Source of the DNA: Azolla caroliniana
Taxonomy: Eukaryota > Plantae > Polypodiophyta
DNA length: 64,000 nt
NCBI GenBank assembly: GCA_043228905.1
Contig: JBHGNT010000004.1
Location: 7,750,001 to 7,814,000, forward strand
Direction of reading: 5' to 3'
A program made the translations under genes and the position numbers. This document shows positions 41,074 to 53,105 of the stretch, piece by piece. The stretch's first letter is position 1; each line of letters opens with the position of its first letter. The notes under the pieces were generated by a model that saw nothing but the letters and a program-made list of their open reading frames with translations, did not search any database and had not been told where the DNA came from.

Positions 41074-41524
41074 TGTTGAGCGGCAAGCTCAATCGGATCC
41101 GGATCGGCTCAATAAGCCTGAGCAGGATCGACATCTGGAAGGATGAGCCGGATTGGTGAGACGGTGAGCAAGTGAGCCGGTGAGTTGGGGAGCCGGTTAG
41201 CCAGATCTATCAGTAACCGGAAGCCTAGTAGCAACCTAGATTACTAGGTAGTTAATGACTCATAGTTAGTGTCAGATGCTTGTGTGAGCATTGAAGTACA
41301 CCGTACTTCTGTCAGTCCGTATGGACTTGTGTAAAAGTGTTCACTGAACACATACGATGTATAGAGTATTACAGAGTTTTAGAGTTATTTTGAATAGAGT
41401 CTTATGTTCTGCTCTTTCTTTCTCTTTCTCTCTCTCCCGCGTACTGTGTATATTCAAGCTCTCCATTAAACCTGCGTTTCTGTGTTTTCGGTTTTCTATT
41501 GCTTCTGCACACTATTCTTTCACA
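41074..41524 (+). mobile_element. Solo LTR inserted in Copia gag
   Basis: TGTTG...TCACA termini and a perfect TSD ATGAG (41069-41073, 41525-41529). Its 3' half is similar to the LTRs of the 6412-12110 Copia. Confidence 0.9.
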
Positions 41525-42722
41525 ATGAGCAACATTGCTCTCAGTTCATCTTCGATTGATGTCCCCTGAGCTACGATTTGGGAGCTTAAGCTTTCGTACT
41601 CATTCAGGTGTGCCTAGATTGAGTCGGATTCTTTCATCTGAAGGTTGTAGAGATGCCGAATCAAATATATCTTTGTGGTGGTGAGCTTCTTCTCGTAAGT
41701 GTCCAACAATGTCTTCTATAGTTGAAAGACTGTCGTACATGATTGTAGTGTGAAGTACGTTGACTCCGACAAGTGCATCCGAATTGTGGCGTGGAAAATT
41801 CTGTCCAGCTCCTGCCACTCAATCGGCTTGTATCCTTTTGGAGGGTTTTCATTCTCGATTGGGTCTATCTGACCCTTGACTATTAGATAGTCTTGCATCT
41901 ACTCTTTCCAGAAGTTGAAGTTCGATCCGTCGAACTTCCTTAGACTCATCTATGACTAGCTAGATGTTGATGCCATCTGTGTCGATTTACTAGACTTTGT
42001 CCAGAGTAGAATACAAACAGTGGTGGGGTGCAACCGATTGGCTCATTCAATGTTGTTCTAGTCGGATTTGGACACAAATCAAATCGATTTCGACTATTGG
42101 AAGATTTTGTCCAAAGTGATTGCTGTCAATCGACTTAGCCGAATTGGACTTGAATTTGCCGATTCGATTTCAAATGTTGATTTCAAGATGCCGATTACAT
42201 ATTATGTGCCGATTATCCAGGCCGATCCTACTTCGGGTGACTGCAACGATCAGAGGAATGGAGCTGATTGGTCCTCCCAAGTGTCGTTCATCCAAATGAA
42301 ACACAGATTGGGGTTGTTCTCTAGAACATCATTTGCTTTAAGTGATTACGACAAGCAAGTAGATTTTTTCTAACCTTGTAAAGCATGATCAAGGCCAATT
42401 TGATGGATATTCTGCTCCAAGCGGCTGCAATCACGGAATCGAGGTACAACTGGTTGGCTTACCTCAAGAGTGATCTACCTTAGTGGAGTGAAAATCTTAT
42501 GTTTTCTTTCTCTCCTCAAGGTGAGATCTTGAACTCAAGTTCTTCAAAGGAGACGACGCAAGAATGTTGTTGAGAACTAATGACAGTTGGCAGTGAGTTG
42601 AAGAACCTCTGCTCTGATACTAGATGTTGGCGGCTAAGACCTCAGTGCGGAAACATAAACAACACTTTGTGATGAAGATCACCGAGTGCACATGATGAAG
42701 GCAAAATCAGAGAAAAAAAAAG

Positions 42723-42754
<32 letters not shown>

Positions 42755-43911
42755 ACAAGGAGGCACACAAGAAGAATTATATTATTCAAGCTCTCAACGG
42801 CACAATGTACAAGACGAACAACAATAGCAACCACCTTAACAACTAGGTTACAAAGCCCATTATATACTAAACGGGCAAGGGCAACTACCCTTTGACATAT
42901 TTACAAAATTTTCCTAAATCTAATTGGTTGAAGATACAATGTGAATACGGCCATTATAGACTAGTATTCAACATCATCATTCAATGATCTAATGCTGATG
43001 GAAATTGGTCGAGCTCGAGCCCCAGTCACCACGGTCGAATGACACTATCGACGAACCAATGTGTTGTCTATATTGCAACGCCTCTACCCATCTAATTTGT
43101 TTTTCTCACTCAAAAACAATATGCGACCAGTCTATGTGAACAATCCAACTACTAGAGTTTTGAAACGATGTTAAAAGATGGTTACGTATCCCACCGATCT
43201 ATGGCTTTGTTCGGTAAAACATGCAAGGCAAGACGATGTTGCGAGGATGTTTGGTCGGCAAGACGAGTTCACAACCTTGGATGGATTGGTAGATGAAGGG
43301 TTAATTCCATCAATATTGTCAATCGTAAGTCCTAACGTGTTGCATTGAACATCGTGCTATAAGGACTCCCGTTGAAAGCAAAAGAAAGACATGAAAGTAA
43401 GCATCAAGTCTTATGCGCGGTTGCGGGAAATGTTGTGCAGCGTGGTTGGAATTCTCAATTGCGGTTTTTGTCCAAGGTGTTCATACATACAATGATAATG
43501 CGTGCTCTTCGTCAGACCTTGGTTTTCAAATGTGGTTTTCTAGATGGGTGGGTACTTATCTTATGACGAACCAAAAAGGTGCGTTATTGTATGAGACACG
43601 AGTCTCGAGTAACCGTCGGTCATTCCCAAGAACTTTAATCGTAGATTTGACCACTAAGAGAGCAAATAATTATTACATTTGACTTTGATATAATTGCCAA
43701 ATGTATTCAAAAGCCCTAACTAAGGCACCGTGATGGCAATTACTTCATAGGCTGATTCCTCTTAAGCTTCCACATGTGCGCGAAATCTTAGCAATCCCGA
43801 AAAAACTCCTCGAACGAAGCTTGGGCGGTAACGTCTTGAATAAGGACCCACACAAGGAGGGAAACAAGATCGTAGCGGTGGTTTTGACGTACAACTAATT
43901 CAATTGTGTAG

Positions 43912-43983
43912 TATCAGAACAAGGGTTCGATCCTTGGACCTGTGGGTTATGGGCCCACCATGCTTCCGTTGCGCCACTTTGAT
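43912..43983 (-). tRNA. tRNA-iMet(CAT) copy, probably a pseudogene
   Basis: Minus strand reads ATCAAAGTGGCGCAACGGAAGCATGGTGGGCCCATAACCCACAGGTCCAAGGATCGAACCCTTGTTCTGATA, recognisably plant initiator tRNA with several substitutions. There is no oligo-T terminator. Confidence 0.85.
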
Positions 43984-44794
43984 GCGGACAACTTAAAAGT
44001 CAAAGAGAGGTAAATAATTCAAAGAGAACAACACGAGAGCTCTTGCTTATTTCTCCTTGTTAAGAAACTCAAGAAGGCATGGAAAAGTTGTAAACAAGAT
44101 CGAGGTTAGCAAATGGAGCGTGAACAAGCCGAGCACGAGCACGACAGGTGGCGTCGTTAAGTAGTATGGATGTTCCTACGTACTCGACGCATGTCAATGA
44201 GTCTGCCTCGTTTGTTCTTGCGTCGGAGTTGGAGCGGGAAAACACCCTCTTGTGGGCAACACGAGAGAGAGGGCGACCTGATTGTTCTTGAGCGTGCTGA
44301 TATACCATATTAGCTCGCTAGGAAAGAATCTTCCTCACCTTAGCGTGTCGAGGTTTTGTGACATCCATCGGACTCGGGTCACTACTTGTATGGTTGCACC
44401 AAATTGGGAAAATGATCGACACTAGTTTGACGCCAATTTTCGTTCCCTTTCTAGAACCCTCAAACGCTATATGGTACGTGCCACAAACCTCGAGAAGCGA
44501 CCCCTCCTCGAAACTAGGTGAGACAGCCTCTAGCCCGATGACATGTGGAGGTGGAAGGTTTGTCGACTAGAAAAGAACTCGAGCTTTACAGTATTTCGAG
44601 AACAATGTTATTCATTATAGAGAGAACTTCTCGTTTCTTCTCCGTTGACGTTACATTGGCAAGGAAAGGAGAACAAGAGAACTGATTTCAACCGTTTGTT
44701 TTGATAAGCGGTTGTTGGTGCACGTGATTTGGCTCACCCGAAATCTCAAAGGCTGCAGCTAGACTTTTGAAACGATGTTAATAGATGGTTATGT

Positions 44795-45879
44795 TGTCGT
44801 GAAGATTTTCGGCGATAGTGTGAAACTTGTGAGGAACATACGAAATCAAGTGTGGTTCTTCTCACGAAATATAAAATAATAATAGTGAAGATACTATTTT
44901 AAATAAGTTTAAAATGTTAGTACAAAAAGATGGAGGTCTTGAAAAGCTTTTGAATGCACTTTGCTACATAACAAACAATCAACTAAGTGTGAAGTTATGT
45001 GGGTATGAAGTTACGAAAAAAGAAAAGAAACGAAAAGAAAAACAAACCTGTGAGATGTCCCACATAGATAGGACAAACAAGGATCCTACAATATATAAAG
45101 CAAAGCCAAAAACTATTATTTTGTGTTTGTGTGGAGCATAGAGAGTTCAAGGTGACTTGAACTAAGTTAATCAAATGAATAGGTGTGGCCTAGCTCGAAA
45201 CCGGCTCGAGATACAGACCGAACCGGATCGGGATGCGGCGATCGGCCGGTGACCAAACCGACTAGGGATGCGGACCAAATGGGTGCAAATTGGACGGATC
45301 GGTTGATCGCGGTCCATGGTGTCTTAAAGATATTTGGTGTAATTACAAGACCAAAAGCCTAATAGTATTTTGTGCTTTAAAAGGGGATATATGCAAGACT
45401 TGAACATTGCACCTCCAAGTTGAGAATTTGTAGGCTTACCATTAAGCCAAATCATTTCTTTAGAGATATATTTTTTATCACTATACCTTATTTAATTCTC
45501 ATACATGAGAGCTTAAAGGATGACATGGCAAGCATGCATTGCATGCATTTCATGCATTCCATGCATGTCTTGCACCCTCACATGCACCATATGCATGGGG
45601 GCATCTATAAAAGAGTGGAGGAATCAAGCAAGTGGGGACGAAGGTAAAAAATTGGAATGTAAATTTTGGAGGAAAATAATAAGAAAACTCGCTATCCTAT
45701 TGATATATATTGTCTCTCAAATCTAAAGTCAAGCGTTCAATCTTTATCTTAATCTCTCTCTCTTTCAACCTATCGTAAATACTTTCTCACTAAAGCAAGT
45801 GCAAACTTCGAATCCTTTCGGTCCAGGACCTCGATGGTTCCACCTCACGATCCACACCTAGTGACTGATCTTCACGACA
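44795..45879 (+). mobile_element. Solo LTR (Gypsy), 4-bp TSD
   Basis: TGTCGTGAAGAT...ATCTTCACGACA inverted termini and TSD ATGT, confirmed by the empty site in the paralogous repeat at ~43183 (ACGT). TATA CTATAAAA at ~45605. Confidence 0.9.
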
Positions 45880-46280
45880 ATGTATCCCACCGATCTATGG
45901 CTTCGTTCGGTAAAACTTGCAAAGCGAGACGATGTTGCGAGCATGTTTGGTCAGGAAGACGAGTCCGTAACCTTGGATGGATTGGTAGATAAAGGGTAAA
46001 TTGCACCAATATTGTCAATAGTAAGTCCTAATGTGTTGCATTGAACGTCGTTTTGTAATGACTCCCGTTGAAAGCCAAAGAAAGACCTGAAAGTAAGCAT
46101 AAAGTCTGATGCGTGGTTGCGGGAAATGTCGTGCAACGTGGTTAGAATTCTCAATTGCAGTTTTCGTCCAAGGTGTTCATATGTACAACAATAATGCGTG
46201 GTTTTCCTCAGACCCTGGTTTTCAAATCGGTTTACTAGATGGGTGGGTACTTATCTTACGACAAACCAAAAATGTGTTAT

Positions 46281-48639
46281 CGCTAGGGCCGGACAATGGC
46301 CTAACACAGGGTGTCCCTTTGAGACACTTCACCAAAGGGGTGCTGCGGTGAGATAGAGTTAGATCGACTATTAATGGAACCTTAATGGGTTACTAGCGGC
46401 AATATCATTAGTCACAATACACGCGTAGATTAATTACACTTAGCACAGAACGGTAATTAACAATGATTAAGATACAAAACAACAACACTCTATTAATTAT
46501 CCGCTAAAGGTCTCCAGTTTTAGGTACAAACCGGTGCAAACCGACAACCGGCTACGAACCGGTTCGGATCTGGATCGGCTTACCGATTCCGTGTCCGTCC
46601 GTTCGCTTCTCAAATCATAATAATAAATATATAATCAACTCCTGGTTATTAATTATCCCCTTGTTTCCCATTCTGGACTTCCCTTGCCGATCGGCTAACA
46701 CATGGCACGCCCGTGGGACAGTACCTTGTACGTCGAATCCCACTATCCGGTCTTCATTCATCCTCCAAAATGTCCAGAATACTTTGATCTAAGGGTTCCA
46801 ATGGTTCCCCGGGAAGCTATTCTGTCGTCTGCTGCTGCTGTTCCCCCTCCTGCTGTTCCTGCGGCTGTGGCGGCTCCTCTTGCTGCTCCGGCTCTGGCTG
46901 TGGCTGCTGCTGGTTGACATCCGTTGCATGCGGCTCTGTTAGTTTGACCGACTCTTCCTTCTTTTCCGGCTCACCCGGCCTTGGCGTCTCTGTTGATCTC
47001 ACCAGCTTTGTCTCCATTTCCGGCTCAATTAATCTTACCGACTCTTCCTCCTTTTCCGGCTCAACCGGCCTTGGTGTCTCCTGGTTCTGCTGTCCAGCGT
47101 GCCCCGGTGCCTGCCGATGACCTTCCTCTAGCGGCGCCTCTTGAGTACTATCTGGTTGGCTTTCCCCGACTTTAATCGACGTTTGTTCTGAAGATGGCTC
47201 CTCGTCACTTATGCTAATCGTTGCAGTTTTCTTGGCCACTTCTTGCTGTCGTCGTTCCCGTTCGTACTTCTCAAAGCGGAGTTGGTTCTCCAATCGGTCA
47301 TCATCCAGCTGTGCCACCAACGGGCGTACTGCCACCCTCTGCTCATCAGCCAAGGATAGGAAATCATTTGACAGTTCATCCTTTATTGTTTCAATGCTTT
47401 CTCTATCCAGGATGTAAACTTCGTCGCCTTCTTTCTGCCGGTTTTCCACATCTCCCTACAACAACTATAGCTCGATTGCCTGCTTAGCCCACTTTGACCA
47501 CCACTGTACTGAGCTTTCTTCTACCAATTGCTTCGTTTGATTCTTCCATGCTAGTACGATGTCCTGGATCCGCCCTAGCCCCATCTTCGACTTGTTTTCC
47601 GCGACTTGTTTTTCGTCCTTCAATTGTTTGATCAGGCTTGCGGTTGCCACTTCTTGGCTTCTATAGTGCATGAGTTGGGTCTGATATGTCGTCTGAAATA
47701 TGTTCAGAGCCATTGTAGCGCGCTCCGTTTCCGCATGGTGCTGCACTTGCAGGTCCAGTCGCTCTTTCGTTGCTACCGCCAGTTGTTTCGCTTGTTCGGC
47801 TCCCTTCAACTACTCTTCCATCATTGCCGCTGTCAACCAGTTAACTTCCTCCCGGAGTTCTCTGCACTTTTCCTGCTGCATGTCACTTTCGGTAGTCAAT
47901 TTCTTATGATCGGCATCCAAATGATTATAATCCCGGTGCAGTCGGTCGAAGTCGTTGGTTTTCTGTTTGAGCTTTTGATTGATAAGCCGGCAAGCGCGGT
48001 CCTCACGATCTTTTTGTTGCCGGAGCTCTTCTTTGAGGCACTCAATCTCCACTTCCTCCGTCCTCCGGAGTTTCTCTTTTTCTTGCAGGAGTTTGTCTTT
48101 CTCTTCTTTCAGCCGATCATACGCTTGATGCCCTCTTCTCAAGCTTTCCTCTGTTCGGCGGAGGTTGTCGGCCGTTCTCCTTTGTTCCTCCTCCGCCGCT
48201 TTTTTCAATTCTCGTTCCCAGGCTCATAAGGCTTCTTGTGCTACCAGGTCTTCCCTTAGTGTGGCGAGCTCATGTCTTGCCGAGTCATGAGTATCTGGGC
48301 CCACCTCCGTTACCAGGGTTTGATCGTTCTGTCGAATTACCGGGGCCACCGGTTTTGATTGTTGTGGTCCTTCTATGACCAACTTGGCCATGTCTGTTCT
48401 GGCCTTCTCTATGTCTTCTTCCATACTCTGGATTCTTGACCGAGCCATCTCTAATTCCTCGGTTGTGGCTAGCAACCGGGCTTCCTGCGCTTTTTCTTCT
48501 GCTTCTAACTGACCGACAACACCAGTCACTTGTTCTGCTACCCATCGGAGCCATTGATTGCCGGTGCCTTGTGGTCGTGCCGGTTCTGGTCGTGGGATAT
48601 CGTTTCCACTGGTCACGAGCCCACTATTGACGGTTACGT
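46281..48639 (-). mobile_element. 3' part of a non-chromovirus Gypsy element: coiled-coil extra ORF and 3' LTR
   Basis: LTR ~46281-46700 ending CTAACA. Broken coiled-coil ORFs 46817..48661 are analogous to 53588..55288, and the same TGGCACGCC motif lies next to the LTR. Confidence 0.7.
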
Positions 48640-51326
48640 TGTCGCGTGGCGCGTGACACACATGCCAAACGTCGGGATGTGCGTGTCACAAGCGCGGACA
48701 AGCACCGAGCCTCTATCCGCTAGTGGTTATGGATGATGGGCGGCTGAAGTGACACACTAATGTGGTTAGAGTGAGAGAGAGAGAAATAGAAATTGAGGAA
48801 GTTTTTAAGATAGATAGATAGATAGATAGATAGATACACATCACCAATAAGATAACTAAGTTTTCTTATTATTAATTTTCGATTTGATACATAGATTGAT
48901 TCATAGATTGTTTGATTCATCCATTGATTGATTCCCCACCCCCCATTACACATGCCTTACAAGGGTTTTTATAGGTTTATCTATCCTTCTAACATGCACA
49001 AAACCATGTGCTTGAACCCATGGTTTTCGGGCACACGGTTTTCCTTGTGGCATGCACAAAACCATAGGCTAAAACCATGGTTTTGTGTATACGGTTTTGT
49101 ATGTTTGTTTCCTATGGAATACTAAATATGAAAAAGAAATATACAAAATCTAAAGCACTTAGTAGTAGCTTTATTGGTAAGATAATTGCTTCCTATCTTA
49201 GAAGTGCAAGGTTCAAATCTTGCTTGCACCCTTCTATATGCACTTAAATGTCATCAGACCCTAGGATAATTTTCATATTTATAATGTGTATGGAGCCACA
49301 CTATTTCACAATTTCTCCCATTGGACATAGAACATCACGACATCCACCCCAACCAAACCACACATCCTCCGGCATGTGCCAAGAAGAAAAGAGTGATGTG
49401 GCGGATTCAAAAGGTGGTTTGTCTTTGATTTCCTCCCTTACGCGTCGTCCTTTGTCCTCCATTTTGAGTACATGCATTCCTTCCACCCGATCAACCATAT
49501 CATTCAATCGCCTTTCGCATTTCCATGACCACTTGTCGTAGCCCCTTTTGCTCCTCCTGAGCGTAACTCTTCATGCATTATACATGTGCCGCCTTCATCT
49601 CGACCATCTCCTTGGTCATCAAACCCCCTCGGATCGTCTTTTCTCATCTCATGCTTGCTTTTCCTCATGCTCATAACATCAACATTATCATTAGACACAA
49701 CCCAAACCATCATAACATTTTGTAGATTATCCTCAATACTATCAACTTTAATCGTGTCCTTCCCACACATACTCACAACATCAACATCATCATGATACTC
49801 ATCCCAAATAACATTTTCTAGATTTTCCTTACTTATACCCTCGTGATCATTATGTAACCCCACGTCATCATGGACATATTTTTGTAGAATGTCCTCATCA
49901 TCACAAATCCCTATTCTATTTTCATAATGGATGTCCCCATGAATGTCACCATTTGATCTAGTGAAACTCTTATAAAATCTATCCCGAAGAAAACCAAGGC
50001 AACCTAAAACACACAATTCCTCTTCGTCACTCTCACCCTCATCATTACCCTTATCATAACCATATCCACAAAAAGTGCATAACTTTTTACCATCATAACC
50101 CTCATTCTTCTTATGGCACTCACTCTTACCATCAATAATACACTCTCCCTTACTATCATCAAGCCCTAAATCATCATCATCATTACGTTTAAATGTAAAG
50201 TTTTTATCCCTTCCTAACTTCTTCTCTTGTTCGTGGTTCTCATTAAACCTATCATACTTGTCATAAGATTTTAAACCATGAAAGTCTTGATCCCAACTAC
50301 TCTCACCATCATGACTTTCGTTGAGTGCTTTTTCATTAGCACAACCATGAAGAGCTTGATTCCTCCTCTTGTGTTCACAGTAATCTTTGTCACGATCATA
50401 ACCTTGTAGATCTCGAGCACTCTTTGTGAGTTTGTAATGATCTTTGTCTTTGTCATGACCGTGTAGATCTTGATCGGTCTCCTCAAGCCCACGTTCTTTG
50501 TCAGATGTCTCTTCACCATAGCATCCTTGAGTATCTTCATCTTTCCTTACGAGCCCACTTTCTTCGTTGAAAGTCTCTTCATGACCGCATCCTTGAGTAT
50601 CTTGGTCATTCCCCTCGAATTGATTTTCTTCATTGCTTGTCTCTTTATGATTGCATCCTTCTCTTGAGCCCATCTTCTTCATCACATGTCTCTTCATGAC
50701 TGCAACTATGCCGATCTTGATCATCTTCATCGTCGTCACCGTTGAGCAAACCATGAAAAGGTTGAGGCCTGAAACTTGATGTCAAAACTGCTTCGTACAA
50801 ATCTAGAACTTCTTGATATAGTCTTTCAACTTGATTTGCCAACTTGAGATACTCCAACGCTCTACCCTTTTCATCATGCAACATCATTTCAATGACTTTC
50901 CTTACCAATGGAAGCATCTCGAGCCTCGGACCACCTTGTATTCTTATCGACTCCTCAAAGTTGTACGCTACCAAGATCGCATCCTCCATTCATAATGCTC
51001 CCATAACCACCTTGTGTTGTTCACGTTGGGTTCACCAATTAGATGTCGCGTGGCGCGTGACACACGTGCCAAACGTCGGGATGTGCGTGTCACAAGCGCG
51101 GACAAGCACCGAGCCTCTATCCGCTAGTGGTTATGGATGACGGGCGGCTGAAGTGATGCACTAATGTGGTTAGAGTGAGAGAGAGAGAAATAGAAATTGA
51201 GGAAGTTTTTAAGATAGATAGATAGATAGATACACATCACCAATAAGATAACTAAGTTTTCTTATTATTAATTTTCGATTTGATACATAGATTGATTCAT
51301 AGATTGTTTGATTCATCCATTGATTG
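48640..51326 (-). mobile_element. Non-autonomous tRNA-Trp-primed LTR element with an acidic repetitive ORF
   Basis: Near-identical LTR segments 48640-48930 and 51044-51326. PBS TGGTGAACCCAACGTGA at 51021-51037 (minus). Internal ORFs 50645..50989 and 49504..50754, no pol. The 5' LTR is cut by a chromovirus insertion at 51327. Confidence 0.8.
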
Positions 51327-53105
51327 TGTCAGGAATAGTACTAAAGCAGAGAGACTTAGTACTAAAGAAGGGAAGTACTATTAGTACTAAGAGGACGGGA
51401 CTGCGTAAGATTCCCAAGAGAGAAAGAGAGAAGAGAAGAGAGAGATAGCAAGGATGAGAGAGAGAGATGATGATAACAACTAATGTATTATGTGAAGGAT
51501 AAGTACAAAGTGGCTAAGAGGCTTAAGACTGGCGTTGAACCAATTTGGTTCAACATAATGCCTGGTGCCTTCTTTTATAGTATTCTCAGGAGTAATCCTG
51601 AAGCTTCTAGAATGTTCTAGAGAAATCTAGAATATACATTAATTTCATATAATAAAACTTAAATGAAAATAATATCCTATGTATTATAATAGATGGTATA
51701 ATGGTCAAGAGCTCGACCCATATAACATAAGGTCATGGGTTCGAGTCTTGCCATATCATGACACTATCTCCCCCTTAAGGCGACGAGTGGAACAAGTCGG
51801 CGCTGATTGCAGACCGGGTTTGTACGGATACTTTCGATGGAACTCAGCAAGAAGATCTTGAGAATTGGCGACATGCTCGACGGGTTCCCAAGTACGTTCA
51901 CTTGGACTATAGCCGAGCCAATCGACCAAGTAATAAAGTTTGTTGGGAACAAATTTGGAGTCGAGGATGGCAACAACTTCATACTTCGGGCCGGCGTCTA
52001 ACTCAAGCGGGGGTGGCGGTGGTGTAACACGATCGGGAAGAGTGTTTGCTTTATAAGGTTCAAGAAGAGAACTATGGAAGACCGGATGTATTGAAGATGC
52101 GGAGGAAGATCAAGGCGGAACGTGACATCATTAACCTTACCGGTAATACGGAAAGGACCGAGTCGGCGATAATCCACCTTGTCGCACGGTCGAGTAGTCT
52201 TGATGTGACGACGTAAAAGCCATACTCGATCTCTGATGGCAAAAGAGGAGGGAAGCCGATGACGATCCACGTAAGTCTTCTGTGTCTGTTGAGCATGACG
52301 AAGATGAGTAGAGAGATCCATCTGGATCTTGCGTAGTCTTTCCAAATGATCCTCGGCACGAGGATTGGTAGGTAGCTCCGGGGTGTCGATCACCGACCAA
52401 CGAGGATGAGAACCGGTATAAGCGTAGAATGCGGAGACTTGAGTCGAGGAGTGAACAACATTATTATACGCAAACTCCACAAAGTGGAGAATCTCGGTCC
52501 AATCGTCCTGTTGATAACTCAGGAAACACCGGAGATATTGCTCCAACGTTTGGTTTGTTTGTTCCGCCTGCCCATCAGTCTGAGGATGGTAGCCGGAGGA
52601 GAGGTTGCAAGAGACCTTGAGCATCTTGAAGAGATGCTGCCAAAATTTGGAGACAAATTGCGGTCCTCGGTCACTGATGATACTGTCTGGGAGGCCATGA
52701 TGCCGAAATACCTCACGCATGACAAGGGTGGTGGTTTCCTCGCTAGTGATGGCCTTAGTACACGACACAAAATGTGTCATCTTCGTATATCGATCGACGA
52801 CAGTTAAGATAGCATCGAACCCCTTCGAGACCGGCAGATCTGTGATAAAATCAAGACAAATAGACTGCCACGGCTTACTTGGAATCGGTAAGGGTTCCAA
52901 CAAGCCATATGGATGGTGTTGTGGCATCTTTGCTCGGTAGCAAGCATCACAGGTCCGAACGTAGTCGTCGACAAAACGTCGCATATGGGGCCACCAAAAG
53001 AATCGTTGAACTAGATCCAATGTCTTAATGCTACCAAAATGTCCCGCCATATGGGTGTCGTGACAACTTGGATGATTGGAAGACGACAGGAGCAATTGGG
53101 GACAT

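Larger units (their letters stand above)
33375..42973 (-). mobile_element. Decayed Ty1/Copia element heavily interrupted by nested insertions
   Basis: 5' LTR 42625-42973, PBS (iMet) 42611-42622, gag ~41980-40650, PR ~40590, INT ~40315-39745, RT/RNase H 34824-33375 (KAKLVAKGF, IYVDD, AISWK, EAEYVA). No matching 3' LTR was found. Confidence 0.85.
43152..46280. repeat. ~440-bp direct repeat pair (43152-43590; 44760-44794 plus 45884-46280)
   Basis: Both copies run TTTTGAAACGATGTTAA...ATCCCACCGATCTATGGC...GATGGGTGGGTACTTATCTTA. The second copy is split by a solo LTR. Confidence 0.85.
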
